Shown one piece after another: positions 10,598 to 22,265 of a stretch of DNA of 64,000 bases. Each line of letters opens with the position of its first letter. Positions within the stretch are counted from its first letter, which is position 1. The translations under genes were made by a program, and so were the position numbers. Origin of the DNA: Octopus sinensis. Taxonomy: Eukaryota. The stretch is taken from assembly GCF_006345805.1 (NCBI RefSeq), contig NC_043008.1, forward strand, positions 8,494,001-8,558,000, given 5' to 3'. The notes below the pieces were generated by a model. The model had not been told where the DNA came from and did not search any database. It worked only from the letters and a program-made list of their open reading frames with translations.

Positions 10598-13242
10598 TTA
10601 ACCGGATTAACTAATAGAATAATCTCTCGTACGAGACTGTAAGTTATGATCCAAGCGTGATTCTCCTAGTACTTCTAGGCCACGAAGTGTCCTATTTTTA
10701 CCCCTTAAGACCGTGATACAATTAAGGTGTGTATATTATAGGTAGATTCCTTACTGTGGACAATGTTTCCGCTATTGTATCTACTATTATTTAAGAATAC
10801 GAAAGAATGATATGAGTGTTAGTATTAGAATGCTTAAACGGCACAACAGTACTGTTCTAGTAACTTGGTGCCAGTTGGTAGTTACTATTGCGTTTTTCGC
10901 TTTGCCTTCATAAATTGCTACCTGTGCTACTAATTTACTTTCAATTTTTTTCCACTCCGCATCAAAGGGTTTTTTGTTTCGAACATCCAAAGACTTTGTG
11001 AAATTAATCCGGATTAGCGTTTGAAGAATAATCTTCTCTCTTCTGTACTTCACTGCTTGATTGTATGAATGTATTGTGTATATGCACGTATGCACTGATA
11101 AGATTACTGACAGACAGACAGACACACACACACGCCCATATCACACTTGCATTGAGGTGCATAATCCAGATGTTTGCCTCATGAACTTCTTTTTCGGATG
11201 GTGGCTATCTGAGAGTCAAAAAGGTAGGGAGTTCTTCCAGGACACCAGAGTACTGATAATCTGAAAACCCACAAAACATCCGTGAAATACAGATATAAGT
11301 AAAAGTTGCCAAGGTGCATTTGTTACTTCGTTTACAGTTATTTTATCGATTTCAATTAAACCATTTTTGCCTCATGGCGTTGCCTTCATATGAACTAGTG
11401 GTTTATCTCCATGCGCTGTCGAATCGTTACACGATAGTCAATGCCTAAACCAACACTTCTGAAGGCCACAAAATGCAATACGCTGACTGATTCTTCAATC
11501 TCGCCAAAAAGCCTATGTACCCCTTCAGAGTCATCGTAAATAGTTGATTATAATTAAGCAACGTGTAGGAAGAAAGGTAATAAAATAGATCATCAGTACG
11601 ATAGGAGGTTATTAAGGTCTCCTGATTCTCCTCCATCTGTTTTTGGACTGCGTTGCATTTGGTTATTCCTACTCCAGCCACCCGCTAAAACAATACTCAT
11701 TCATTTTGTGTGTACACCATGTAATTTATTAGTTTTGAAGAGAAGAACCTTACATTTGAAGTTCACGCTATTTCGAGGAATATTGGGCACTAAAAGCTTA
11801 TAATCGTCTCCGGTTGCTCATCTTTTATTTATTGCTTTGTCATACTTGGCGTTGCTTTTCAAGGTATTATGTCGAATCAAAATCACTGCTGTGGCATCTT
11901 AAAAGAATAGAAAAATGTTATAACCACGTTAAGATATATTATGGAGTACAAGGATGAATTGTAATGTAGGTCAATCCAAATAATCGAAAAACAATGCTAA
12001 ACGTTAATATCAAGAAAATTTGAACACCAACAAATGAGATGAAAAATGTTGTTTTAACTTCATAGCCACAAATCAGTTCGACTTACAGGAGGAGAAATCT
12101 TTGCTAGATTTGAAAAGAATTCTCCAAAATATTGCAAAGCTATCCAATTACATTTGTTTCAATAAATCCTTGTCGTTTGAACTCAAGAATTTCGCTGCCT
12201 CGTTATTGGATGAACCAATATGTAATATCCTTTTTGGTTAAGTAACGCGAATCAATTATGAAATACAACACAGCAGATGTAACTATGGTAATATAGTTTT
12301 GTTGCGAAGACTATCCGCCGTAATTCTCGACCAAACCTCAATATGGCACGACAAGCTAAATTTCATCACATCTTATTGATTTCGGCAGGCTTCATAGAAG
12401 TATGCAATTTATTGAGAAATTTCTTCTTAAGAATTGATTTGATTGCGCGTACTTGTTGTAAGATTGGAAAACGTATAATACGCCCATACATTATGAATGC
12501 AGTGACACAGAAGTAATATCACATATGAGTTGATGTTGTGTAAGCGATATTTCCCTACAACATTAAGATATTCAATTTCCGACAAATGCACTTTATTTAT
12601 TTTTGTTTCTCATCTAAGGAATTATAGATTGTTTCAGATGTTTCTTTAAAAGTAAAACTAATGATTGAATAAACGCTGATATTTTCTAAGTTCCGAATGT
12701 ATATATACTGTTTAGTAATATCACTGGATCTGGCAAGCATTTCTCATATCTTTTACTGAAACAATATGATCGAACTGGTAGAATATCGGCAATCGAGTTA
12801 AGCTTCCATAGTGCACCGTGTTTACATGGTAAAGGTGCGTGTCCCTCATATCCCGTCTCCTATAAACTAGAAATAGGTCAATTGAGGTGGTTCTGGTCAA
12901 TACTGGCAGCTGATATGAGATGCTAGAAGCGTGTGTGATGTGCTGCTTTATTCAAGCATATATTAGACCGCCCAACAATCACAATTCCTAAATGCTATGT
13001 TTAAAGGTAACGAACAGATCGAGTGCATGTTGGAGTGGCGATATGCCTGTCATGGAGAGAGCTGAGACTATAGACTATTTATGATGTGGTAGACTCATGT
13101 GCTCCGAGAAGATGCTAAGTTATTACAATTATCATAAATCTTTTTTAATACTGGTTTAAAATTTTGACACATGGCTAACAATTTCCGAGTGTAGGGGTAT
13201 GTTGATTACATCTACAATTCAGCTCCACTGCTACATATTATA

Positions 13243-13473
13243 TATATCACCGGGATCAACGTGACCGACCAGGTTATCAGATGTTGCAACACATTGCTAG
13301 TCACAATGCGCTTCGCATTGTTATAGCCTTCAAATGACGCCACCCCGCTGGCTAAGTGAGCAGGCCAACAGAAGAAAGAGTGAGAGAAAGCTGTGGCGAA
13401 AAAGTACATCAGGGATCACCACGACCCTCTGCCTGAGCCTCGTGGAGCTTTTAGGTGTTTTCGCTCAATAAAC
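13243..13473 (-). mobile_element. SINE family C (tail type 1), 5'-truncated
   Basis: Reverse complement of the 3' part of the copy at 63562-63900 (GCCACCCCGCTGGCTAAG, GGAGCTTTTAGGTGTTTTCGC). Confidence 0.85.
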
Positions 13474-13506
<33 letters not shown>

Positions 13507-14334
13507 GCATATTTTTGATTACTACAGATACAATGAAGAGAAAATAAAGAATGCAACAATGAATAGGGTATTTGTAAATATATAAAGAAAAAATGGTAAA
13601 TTGAACCAATCACGACATTCTTATTCGTAAATACATATAAATATAAACAGATGTATAAATAAAAATACAAGTAACTTATTTAATTTAAAACTTTTTAAAT
13701 TTCCTTCTTCCCTCTCAATTGGTATGGTCCCTACCATGGATTTATGGTACTTTCTTCATCCTGTCCACGATAAATGGACCAAGTATGATTCCACAAATAT
13801 ATTTGTCTCTTGTAATCGACCGTTGAGAGTAAACCTAGGTAACAAGCATATTTAGTAAACGCATTAGAAATAACAGTATTTGGCTCTCTGATAATTCTAT
13901 ATGTGCGCATGTTCGTGTGAGTGTGTGTATTTGAATGTGTGTGTTCGCTTCATATCTCAGAAAATGGTTAAAGTTAACCGTTATTTAATTGTTAATAACA
14001 TGTAATTGCTAAATATATGGCTTGCATGAATATCTTATAAAGAAGCTTGAATATTTTATGACAATGTGTTAAATCCTCAATTTTGAATTGATGCTAAGAC
14101 TTAGACATTTTTTTCTAATTTCGTTTCATGATAAAACTATTTAAATAGTGTTTTAAAAAATAAACGTCTCTAATGCTATTCACAGAGAAATAATATACGC
14201 AGAAAAAAGCTGTAAGAGTTATTGTTAGCTTTAAATACCGACGTCTGAAATACTTATAACGTGAGGGAAAATCATGATTAACTGAATGAATAAAAATCTT
14301 TTCTACTGACGACACACGGCTTGCTAGTTGGTGG

Positions 14335-14495
14335 GAGAGGATAGTGGATTTCACCAGCCTCAGTGTTTCACTGGTACCTAATTTATCGTCCCTGGAAGGA
14401 TGAAGGACAACGCCGACCTCGGCGGAATGTGAACTCAGAACATGAAGACAGACGAACTGCTGCTTAGCATTTTGCCCATCGTCCAAGCATTTCTG
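14335..14495 (-). mobile_element. diverged SINE family A-like fragment
   Basis: CTGGTACCTAATTTATCGTCCCTGGAAGGATGAAGG...GACCTCGGCGGAATGTGAACTCAGAAC. Confidence 0.7.
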
Positions 14496-14629
14496 CAAGC
14501 ACTCCAACTCAACATAATGAGTAATAATATCGTGATAATTTCAGCTCGTTGAGGAGACAACACCGAGTATATTTCCTTTTCCGCAGACATTCCGAGAGAA
14601 ACTACCATGTTGAAATTTTGACGTACGAT

Positions 14630-14835
14630 TTTGGTTTCAAATTTTGGCATAAGGCCATAAGTTTTGGAGGAGGGGCCCATTCGATTGCATCGACAAAAGT
14701 ACTCGACTGATTTTTATTGTATCGACGTCGAAAGGATAAAAGGCATAGTCGACCTCGGTGGAATTTGAACGCAGATCGGAAAGACAGAATACCGCTGAGC
14801 ACTTTTTCCCCGTGAGCTAACGGTTCTGCCACTTC
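14630..14835 (-). mobile_element. SINE family A, subfamily with alternative tail (A2), diverged
   Basis: GGCATAAGGCCATAAGTTTTGGAGGAGGGG tail plus GTCGACCTCGGTGGAATTTGAAC core. Confidence 0.7.
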
Positions 14836-15254
14836 GTTGTCGTAAGTAAGCATATAATATTATGCGTTGAAGAGGCATAAAACATTTTCACATTCACATT
14901 AGAAAAAATTAAGCAGTAGTTAAATCATTGATAGCCTACTTAATGTAGTGATATATTATAACGTATCAGCAAAAGGATGTGATTCAGTGGATATTAAAGT
15001 AACGTAGAATCGCATCGGTGAGTTTTTCAAAACAATTATCGAAACCAAAAGGATTCGATATTTGAAATGTTATCAACTCGGGCTTAATAGCAACTACAAA
15101 ATAAAACAGATGGTTTGGCGCGAAAAAGAATTCAAAATAAAATTTTACATGTTTTTGAAGTGTGGCAAAATATATATAGTGCATATTTAATGTTGATGTG
15201 TAACACAACCATAAGAATATGTGTCACACAACCATAAGAACATGTATCATGAAC

Positions 15255-15489
15255 GGCGGCGAGCTGGCAGAAACGTGAGCCAGTCGGGCGAAACTCTTTG
15301 CAGTATTTCATCTGTCGCTACGTTCTGAGTTCAAATTCCGCCGAGGACCACTTTGCCTTTCATCCTTTCGGGGTCGATTAAATAAGTACCAGTTACGCAC
15401 TGGGGTCGATATAATCGACTTAATACGTTTGCATGTCCTTGTTTGTCCCTCCCCCTATGTGTAGCCCCTTGTGGGCAGTAAAAGAAATA
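15255..15489 (+). mobile_element. SINE family A, full length
   Basis: GGCGGCGAGCTGGCAGAAAC head with A and B boxes; 21-bp TSD ATAAGAACATGT(A/G)T(C/A)ATGAAC at 15234-15254 and 15487-15507. Confidence 0.92.
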
Positions 15490-17013
15490 AGAACATGTGT
15501 AATGAACACGACTCGGTATATTCATAGGCAATGGTAATCATCGTTTCAAGACTAAATCCTGTTTTTAGGGTATGTTTGTATTATTTTTTTACAGACTAAA
15601 CTCTGTTCACTAAAAACAGCAGTTTTGCACGAGGATTGAAATTGTCACATAAGGAGTGAAGAAAACTACAGAGGAAACACAGTGGACTGAAATGATTAAT
15701 GTCTGGAGGGACAAAGTATCTTCAAAGTAAATTCAGTTATTTTGAAGATAAGAGCTACTAATAGTGTATCTCTAATCCATGGTAAATATGATAGATGGCG
15801 TTAAACACAAACCGTTAAAGTATAACATAAAAATACGAAGAGTAGTATCAACTATAAACATCCTTAGCGGCATTGTATAAAGCGTAAAGGGTATATTTTT
15901 CTGTAAAGGAACCTTCAAGTGATAGCAATCATATACAATGTCTATAAAACAGACTCTTAGAAGATGTTAAAAATAACATCAAAGTGTTTAATCTAACCCG
16001 GAGATCTCTTCTGTAGCGAGTGTCCAGCAGTCAATAATTCCACAAGAAAATATCTTTAAATTAAAAAGAGAAATCAATAAGTGTACTTCAGTAGTTTGTG
16101 ATAGCGGATAAAACAATAAACTATTTATATGTGAGTTTATGTGTGAGTGTGTATGAATATACTTGAGTGTGTGTGTTTGTGTGTGCATGTATCTATATAT
16201 ATACATATATGAATGTATGTATAGTTGTACGTATATGTGTGTACACTTGTTATATGCGTCTGTGTGACTCTATATTGACGTCATAGTATCTGTCACCCAT
16301 TATTAAAATATTCCGTTTTGGGGATGTTTTATCTTTGCACATAATGTTACGATGTCTATGTATGCTGTATGCTAGTCGTTAGTTTGCTTTCTTTCAATGT
16401 AACTTGATGGAACAGATCTACGACCAAAATCGTTGCGACGTGACGATCCTCTCGTGTATCCACATTTTCCGATACGTCCAATCTTTATAGTTGCTATTAT
16501 CACCTATTATCGAAAGAACATGCTGGCCACCCCAATGGTATTTTCGCCAGGCTTGTAATTCGTGAAATTTATTACTATATCTCGCTGGCATATTAGTCAA
16601 GTATTCCTATTTTTAAGTTGCCACTTAATAAAAGCATGCGGTGATGTTTTTAAGATTTGAGCACTATCATTTCTATATAAACCAGACACTATGAGAATTC
16701 AATCTATATAAGAACAATAACGGATAATGAATAAACACAGAAGGGATAAAGGAGACATTTTGAATATCTGAACTATATACCTAATTCGATTTGAAACAGA
16801 TTAAACAATGATAGTGGTCCCCATTGAAGATCATTGAAGTGCTTAAAACAATGAAATGTCAATTAAATAGAGACAAAATTAGAGAGGAATTTAGGAACGG
16901 AGAAAATGGAGGACAGATATCACTGTGTCTTTATGCTCAAGTCAATAATTTATGTAACTTTGCAAAAGTTGATAAGGTTATCTCTTTTGACATTCGAAAG
17001 AATTTATAATTGT

Positions 17014-17400
17014 GGAGGCGCAATAGCCCAGTGGTTAGGGCAGCGGACTCGCGGTCATAGGATCGCGGTTTCGATTCCCAGACCGGGCGTTGTGAGTGTT
17101 TATTGAGCGAAAACACCTAAAGCTCCACGAGGCTCCGGCAGGGGAATGGTGGTGATCCCTGCTGTACTCTTTCAGCACAACTTTCTCTCACTCTTACTTC
17201 CTGTTTCTGTTGTACCTGTATTTCAAAGTGCTGGCCTTGTCACTCTCTGTGTCACGCTGAATATCCCCGAGAACTACGTTAAGAGTGCACGTGTCTGTGG
17301 AGTGCTCAGCCACTTACACGTTAATTTCACGAGCAGGCTGTTCCGTTGATTCGGATCAACCGGAACCCTCATCGTCGTAACCGACGGAGTGCTTCCACAG
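17014..17400 (+). mobile_element. SINE family C (tRNA-like head, tail type 2)
   Basis: GGAGGCGCAATAGCCCAGTGGTTAGGGCAGCGGACTCGCGGTC...GGTTTCGATTCCC with A and B boxes; TSD AGAATTTATAA on both sides; first ~180 bp match the copy at 63562. Confidence 0.88.
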
Positions 17401-17801
17401 AATTTATAACCAGCACTAATTTTTGTCACTACGTTTCGTATCCGACACATCAGATATAAACAAACCACACCGAAGACAAAAAAAAGGCAAGTTACCTATG
17501 TAACACTTTAATCATCCACGAACACATTGCGTTAATAGCCACTAAATAAAGCGGTGTAACTTTATTGGATACACCAATTTTACATATTGAACGTTCCTGG
17601 AAGCTGATACGAAAATGTTAATTAGTTTTAGCCACACGGTATTTCGTTATGCAACCACAATACATTATAAATTATATTAAACGACTTCATAAGTTAATAC
17701 CGTGTTCTACTGTGTTAGCACATATTACATTTACAGATAAATTCTTGTATTTACATAATAACGAAGTCTCTTTCTTTCTTTTGCTGTCTTACCATTTTTA
17801 T

Positions 17802-17888
<87 letters not shown>

Positions 17889-18619
17889 TTGAGCGCACTC
17901 GTGTTTATTAATATATATATTTCGTTAAAGCAAAATGTATATTAGAAACTTAGTGGTTATATGAATTTACAGGTTAACATATACTGAATTTCAGATTATA
18001 GGTCATGTCTGGCACAATATATAGGTCATGAAACAAAACGTGTAAAGAATTTACCTTGTTATATTATTACAGCTTCATTTGATGAGATATTCAATATGAT
18101 ATTAGTCTAGTAGTACACAACAAGTTTGCATTCGTCTAATAAAATGAGGCAAGATCTATATTCAAATTTTATGCTTTATTTTCATATGAAATTCAAAGCG
18201 GTTTCATTTGAGTATACAAGCAACTTTGAGAGGCAATATCAGTTTACCTAATGCATCATTCTACTTCGAGAGTCCTATGTAATTAATGTGTAATTTCAGT
18301 TTTATTCAAGCTCAATCCCTTTATAATTGTCCGTGTGAAAAAGGTGAGAAAACATTAAAGTTTAAGAACTTGACATGGTAAAGAACGATTGCTTTCACCT
18401 TGTAGCAGTAACTGTGAAAGTATTTTAAAATATTCTCTTATTTAAAAATTTATACTAATATAAAATGCATTTATTTAGAATACACATTTTGTAATAAAAT
18501 ATTACAAGTTTGAATTGAAATTATGTAAATAACCATTAGGTAAAAGGAGAGTAAATACAGAAATACCACAAAGAAAGTGAATTCTGTGTAACATTTAGCG
18601 TTTAAATATTTAACATTTA

Positions 18620-18673
18620 AACAAACGTAATATATATATACATACATAAATATATATATATATTTTTTATATG

Positions 18674-18740
<67 letters not shown>

Positions 18741-18922
18741 ATATTTATATGTATAATGTATATATATACACATAAATAAATATATATTTATATATACGTA
18801 TATATATATATATATATATATATGTACATATACATATGTATGAATATATACACACACATATATATATAAATACACACACACACACATATATATATATATT
18901 ATATATATATATATACACACAC

Positions 18923-18970
<48 letters not shown>
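18620..18970. repeat. compound (TA)n/(CA)n microsatellite
   Basis: Direct inspection; explains ORFs 18471..18962 and 18745..18960. Confidence 0.95.
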
Positions 18971-19323
18971 TGTTTTAAAGAAATCTTCCCTTAAGATCTT
19001 TACCACATTTATTGTCGAAGAATGAAAAAATATTTCAAATGATAACTTATAAGATTAGGATCTTATCCAGGTTTTTCCTGGTTTTGCTGTTTAATAACTG
19101 CTTTTAAGCAAAGGTAAGTCTGATATATGTTGATCTTTTTTTCTATTTCTGTGAATTGTTTTATGCAAATTTACTTTCGATCTTTTGTTCCCATTAAAGA
19201 GATAACTATAAATATGTATATGCATGTGTATGCAAGACTATGTCTAAACGGACACACACACACACACACAATGATATCCCCTTTCTAAATTTTTTTACTT
19301 ATATAGATACATGATATATATAC

Positions 19324-19394
<71 letters not shown>

Positions 19395-20344
19395 TATGTA
19401 TATATGTATATATATATATATATGTGTATATATATATATATATGAATACATATATACATATATAAATATATATATATATATACATGTGTAACTGTCTTGC
19501 TGTCTGTATTTCTGTCAAAATGCCTTAGATTTCTGCCGAAAATTTTATCTGGAAGTAGGAAATTGCATTATCTCACAATTTTTTTTATTAAATGATCTGG
19601 TATGCTGGGATGTTGCAGGTATTCTTCTAAAGAATTTTCAGCAATATGTTCCGGGATCACTTTAGGGATCCTCTGAACATTTGGAACACTGCTCACAGAA
19701 TTCACCTGTTTTGTGAATTATCGGTTTTATAGAATATTCTGGATATAAAATAGCAAATCGTTTCCATTGCAAATATTATTCTGTTTTTATAATTTTCGTT
19801 TTTCTTTTTCGGTTTTAACTGTCTTTTTTGCATCACCATTGGTTACGAGATAATCAATTTATTTTGTTATTACAAGTTGTAAATTTCCTCCGTTTTCAAT
19901 TATATAGTTCGCCTCCAATCACAGAGGGAGTAAATATGAACGGGATGGGAAGCGTACAGTAATTGGGGCAGAGAAAGAGAGAAAGAATAAGAGTAAAAGA
20001 GAGAGAAAAATTGAGGGAGAATGAGATATTATTAATAATTTTAGATGTCAAATATTCTTCTACCTGCTGCGGCAAAAACAATCAATTTAGTTTAAAATTT
20101 ATATGATATGCAAATTATTCTGTTTTGCTTTTTTACATATTTTATCATTTTTACAAGAGATTTCTAGTGCTTGTGTGACGGTCTGCTTGAAATTCACATG
20201 CGATTATGTTGAATTATATTGTATTTGTGCGACCAACGTAACGTGCTTGAAATAGCTTCTTTTTATGTTAGTTGTCATAGTTTAGTATTCGGCATGAAAG
20301 CAGATCAGTGAGTAGTTATCGATAACCATCGTTTATATCTGCGA

Positions 20345-21445
20345 TTCTCGAACAAGACTTACTTAAAAAAGTAAACTTCATAAAGAGGTCCATCCAAACT
20401 GGGTATTGCTCCGCCAAATATCACTTCCCATATTTCCGCTATCATCGGCTTTTTGCTCATATCAAGGTCTTCGAATAGCATGCGCAAATCGTGGGTTTGT
20501 TGCCACGTTGTACTTCTGCTACTAGGACCCATTGAACTGTGTACAACCCCTTGTGTCTTAGAGCAAAGGACTCAGATTTCGCAACTCAACTATTGCATTT
20601 CACTGTGAGTTGCTGGTTATAAACCAACGACGCCGCGAGAAGACTTCGGTTGTGAAGCCATTTATAAATAATTCCTAAGATTTTTCTAAATGGCCCATGA
20701 TACTTTTTTACTGTTACTATAACCTTATTTCACGTTTTTGATTTTACTTTTATTCTCGTGTTCATGTCAACGTATAGTAACAATGGCCCTGCCTATGAAG
20801 GCTGTCTGTATCGAACATAATGACCAGATATCCATAGTGTGTATTATCAATGATTTACCAATAATGGATGATTTACGCTATCCATATCTACTGGCCGACC
20901 TAATTCTCTCTAGATACGATTTAGATGACCCGATGTGACGAGTCCAAACCCACACTGGCGTTTTCGGGAAATCCCATCAGTACCTCTCAGACATTTGGAG
21001 AAGTGTCAGCAGACTTGAGACAGTGTTGCACACCTTCTCCAAATCGATAATCCTGAATACTTCAGACGAGTATTCAATATGGCATTCCAGGCGCAGAAGG
21101 GCGTCCCGAAATAAATTACAAAATGCTTAGAGAAATACCGATTCGTGACCCTTGTTAGGACGTTGACCGGTACTAGTCTAAAGGTAGGGCCGAAGCTGCA
21201 GCTTATGACCAGGATTCACAACCTACCTTCTGTGTCCATGAAGAGAGTCCTTCCTAAAATCTAGTAATTTCTCTTCCCGTTCCGGCCAAGTTCGGGACAT
21301 GCAGACTTTGTATCCACTGAAAATGGACAGGACGGCACGTTACACGGATAAGCTGATCTCACAGATGGCCATCACATCTATATTTTGTGACATGAGATTG
21401 CTGAACATGTAGCGATGCTTGTATGGCAAACCTGGACACTTGCTT
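20345..21445 (-). pseudogene. decayed L1/Tx1-like LINE ORF2 (APE endonuclease to start of RT)
   Basis: Minus-strand frames give, in the expected order, GLPYKHRYMFSNLMSQNIDVMAICE (endonuclease N-terminus), VWVWTRHIGSSKSYLERI (SxxDRI-type motif), DSLHRQG and PSLDGPLYEVY (compare PGxDGLPxExY); many stops and frameshifts. Confidence 0.7.
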
Positions 21446-21479
21446 GACCCGAAGACGAGCTGTGAAAAGAATGCTTATA

Positions 21480-22025
21480 AAATAAAATTCCGTAAGGATG
21501 AAAGGCAAAGATGGACACGCTGAAATTTGAATTCAGAACAAAAATTGTCGGATTCATTTCTTTGGACAGTCGAATTATTCACGCCTAATGATTCATTTAT
21601 AATAATTTGTTTCACCATGTTAGCAACATTAACGAAGGAGACATAGTGACTTCATCGACTGAAAGACTTATCAATTGCTACATTATATGGACCTTGGACA
21701 ATGAGATGCAAATTTAACCTCGGTGGAATTTGAACTCGGAGAGTACAGAGCCGGACAAAATACTATTGAGCATTTCATTCAACACTGTAAAGTTTAGGCC
21801 AGCTCGCTGCTTTAATAGAAATCCTTTCTGCCTAAAATTTTGTTGGGATGGGGTTAGGGGATTATATCGATCGCAACACTCAACTGGTACTTATGTTATC
21901 GACTCTGAAATGACGAAGGGCAAAGTCCACCTCGGCGGAAATTGAACTCAGAACGTAACGTAAAGACAAACACGATGCCGTTGTGTCCTTTGAGCGACGT
22001 CCTATATATTCGCCCAGCTTGCTGC
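21480..22025 (-). mobile_element. cluster of degenerate SINE family A/A2 fragments
   Basis: Three partial matches: AAGGATGAAAGGCAAAG...GAAATTTGAATTCAGAAC; CCTCGGTGGAATTTGAACTCGG; CCACCTCGGCGGAAATTGAACTCAGAACG. Confidence 0.65.
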
Positions 22026-22089
22026 CTTTATAATAAGTAAGAAAGAAAAACGAACGAACGAAATGAAGAAAGAAGGAAAGAAAAGGAAA

Positions 22090-22148
<59 letters not shown>

Positions 22149-22161
22149 GGTGTGGTCGTCG

Positions 22162-22200
<39 letters not shown>

Positions 22201-22226
22201 GATGATGATGATGATGATGATGATGA

Positions 22227-22263
<37 letters not shown>
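22090..22263. repeat. (GAT)n microsatellite with short (GGT)n
   Basis: Direct inspection; explains the poly-Ser/His/Ile ORF 22028..22276. Confidence 0.95.

Positions 22264-22265
<2 letters not shown>

Noticed and set aside
12089-12239. Stop-free frame EEKSLLDLKRILQNIAKLSNY...NILFG after CTTACAG
   Set aside because: Weak polypyrimidine tract, poor donor and no recognisable homology; a stop-free run of this length is expected by chance in 64 kb.
16418-16600. 60-aa minus-strand ORF with protein-like composition
   Set aside because: No splice signals or motif support.
20366-20545. Apparent minus-strand exon ending in AA|GTAAGT
   Set aside because: The peptide contains the LINE RT motif PSLDGPLYEVY and belongs to the L1/Tx1-like fossil.
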